From the NCBI GenBank assembly GCA_050331235.1, contig JBHJHA010000101.1:1-39659 (forward strand): a stretch of DNA of 39,659 bases, written 5' to 3'. The stretch is from Leptolyngbyaceae cyanobacterium. Lineage in GTDB: Bacteria; Cyanobacteriota; Cyanobacteriia; Phormidesmidales; Phormidesmidaceae. Positions 39,129 to 39,659 of the stretch are shown piece after piece. Position 1 is the first letter of the stretch, and each line of letters opens with the position of its first letter. The position numbers and the translations under genes are program-made. A model generated the notes under the pieces. The model saw only the letters and a program-made list of their open reading frames with translations, made no database searches and was not told the DNA's origin.

Positions 39129-39659
39129 TCACTGTCCCTCGTCAGCGGTCGGGGGAGGCGCAGGAGCGGGAGCCGGTGCAGGAGCGGGAGGCGCAGGAAT
39201 TGGCGGCGGATCCTCTGCTACCGGTTCCGGAATTGGCGCGGGGGCTGGTTCTGGTGCTGCCGGTGCCACTGGTTCCGCGACAGGAGCTGGTGCTGGACTA
39301 GGTGCAGGGACTGGTTCCGACGTAGCCGGAGGTGGGCCATCTTCTGGTTCTGATACCGGTGCCGGTTCCGCAGCACTTTCAGTGCTGGTACTTTGTGCTG
39401 GTGCTTCGTTGCTCTCAGATACCTTCTCAGCCTTAACTTTACCAGGTTTAACTGGCTCTGCTTCGATGCTGCCTTTGCGCCCAGCCAGCTGCGGTAACGG
39501 TGGAAAGTCTTCTTCGGGAATCTGGTCTAATAACTTAGAAACAAAATCGCTCCACGTCCCAGCAGCGGTACTACTCACCCCCCAAGTCAGGCTATTGTCA
39601 TCATTGCCAAACCAAATACCCACAGCTAGCTGGGGAATGTACCCGACAAACCATAGGAC
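39129..39659 (-). CDS. C-terminus of penicillin-binding protein (class A/PBP1A-like) with Pro/Ala/Glu-rich tail; 5'-truncated
   Basis: Frame open to the window end: xLWFVGYIPQLAVGIWFGNDDN...SSTAAGTW, typical of the class A PBP transpeptidase end, followed by PAPAP-type repeats. Confidence 0.85.
   Translation of the reverse strand, partial: VLWFVGYIPQLAVGIWFGNDDNSLTWGVSSTAAGTWSDFVSKLLDQIPEEDFPPLPQLAGRKGSIEAEPVKPGKVKAEKVSESNEAPAQSTSTESAAEPAPVSEPEDGPPPATSEPVPAPSPAPAPVAEPVAPAAPEPAPAPIPEPVAEDPPPIPAPPAPAPAPAPAPPPTADEGQ

Noticed and set aside
1..39659. CRISPR array, tRNA/rRNA, IS element
   Set aside because: No regularly spaced repeats, cloverleaf or rRNA signatures, and no transposase ORF or terminal inverted repeats with target duplication observed.

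Overview
Chromosomal window from a cyanobacterium. The evidence is about 40 HIP1 GCGATCGC octamers counted by eye and an NDH-1(3) CO2-uptake operon; a filamentous Leptolyngbyaceae-like strain is my inference. It is probably an entire contig with ragged ends. From left to right it holds: a 5'-truncated RTX Ca2+-binding secreted protein, a small ORF, a secreted GH9 glucanase, a REC-GGDEF diguanylate cyclase, a small ORF, a cation-chloride cotransporter (SLC12/CCC) and thrS. Next come a stand-alone, divergent BstA-family (KilA-N-like) phage-defence homologue, a CgeB-like glycosyltransferase, and a CDP-sugar operon (rfbF, SDR epimerase, two C-methyltransferases, lhgO). These are followed by a large tamB with an internal ~100-aa tandem duplication, hemB, an orphan PchB-like isochorismate-pyruvate lyase, an alpha/beta hydrolase, ndhF3-ndhD3-cupA-cupS, a lipase-like gene, a radical SAM gene, a TPR protein, and the Pro-rich C-terminus of a probable class A PBP. 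I saw no tRNA, rRNA, CRISPR array, transposase or integrase. The best leads are the BstA-like gene outside any visible prophage with an upstream inverted repeat, multi-helix intergenic elements (4539-4657, 17597-17800), the TamB duplication, and the unusual CDP-sugar operon. All family calls come from motif recognition; no searches were run.
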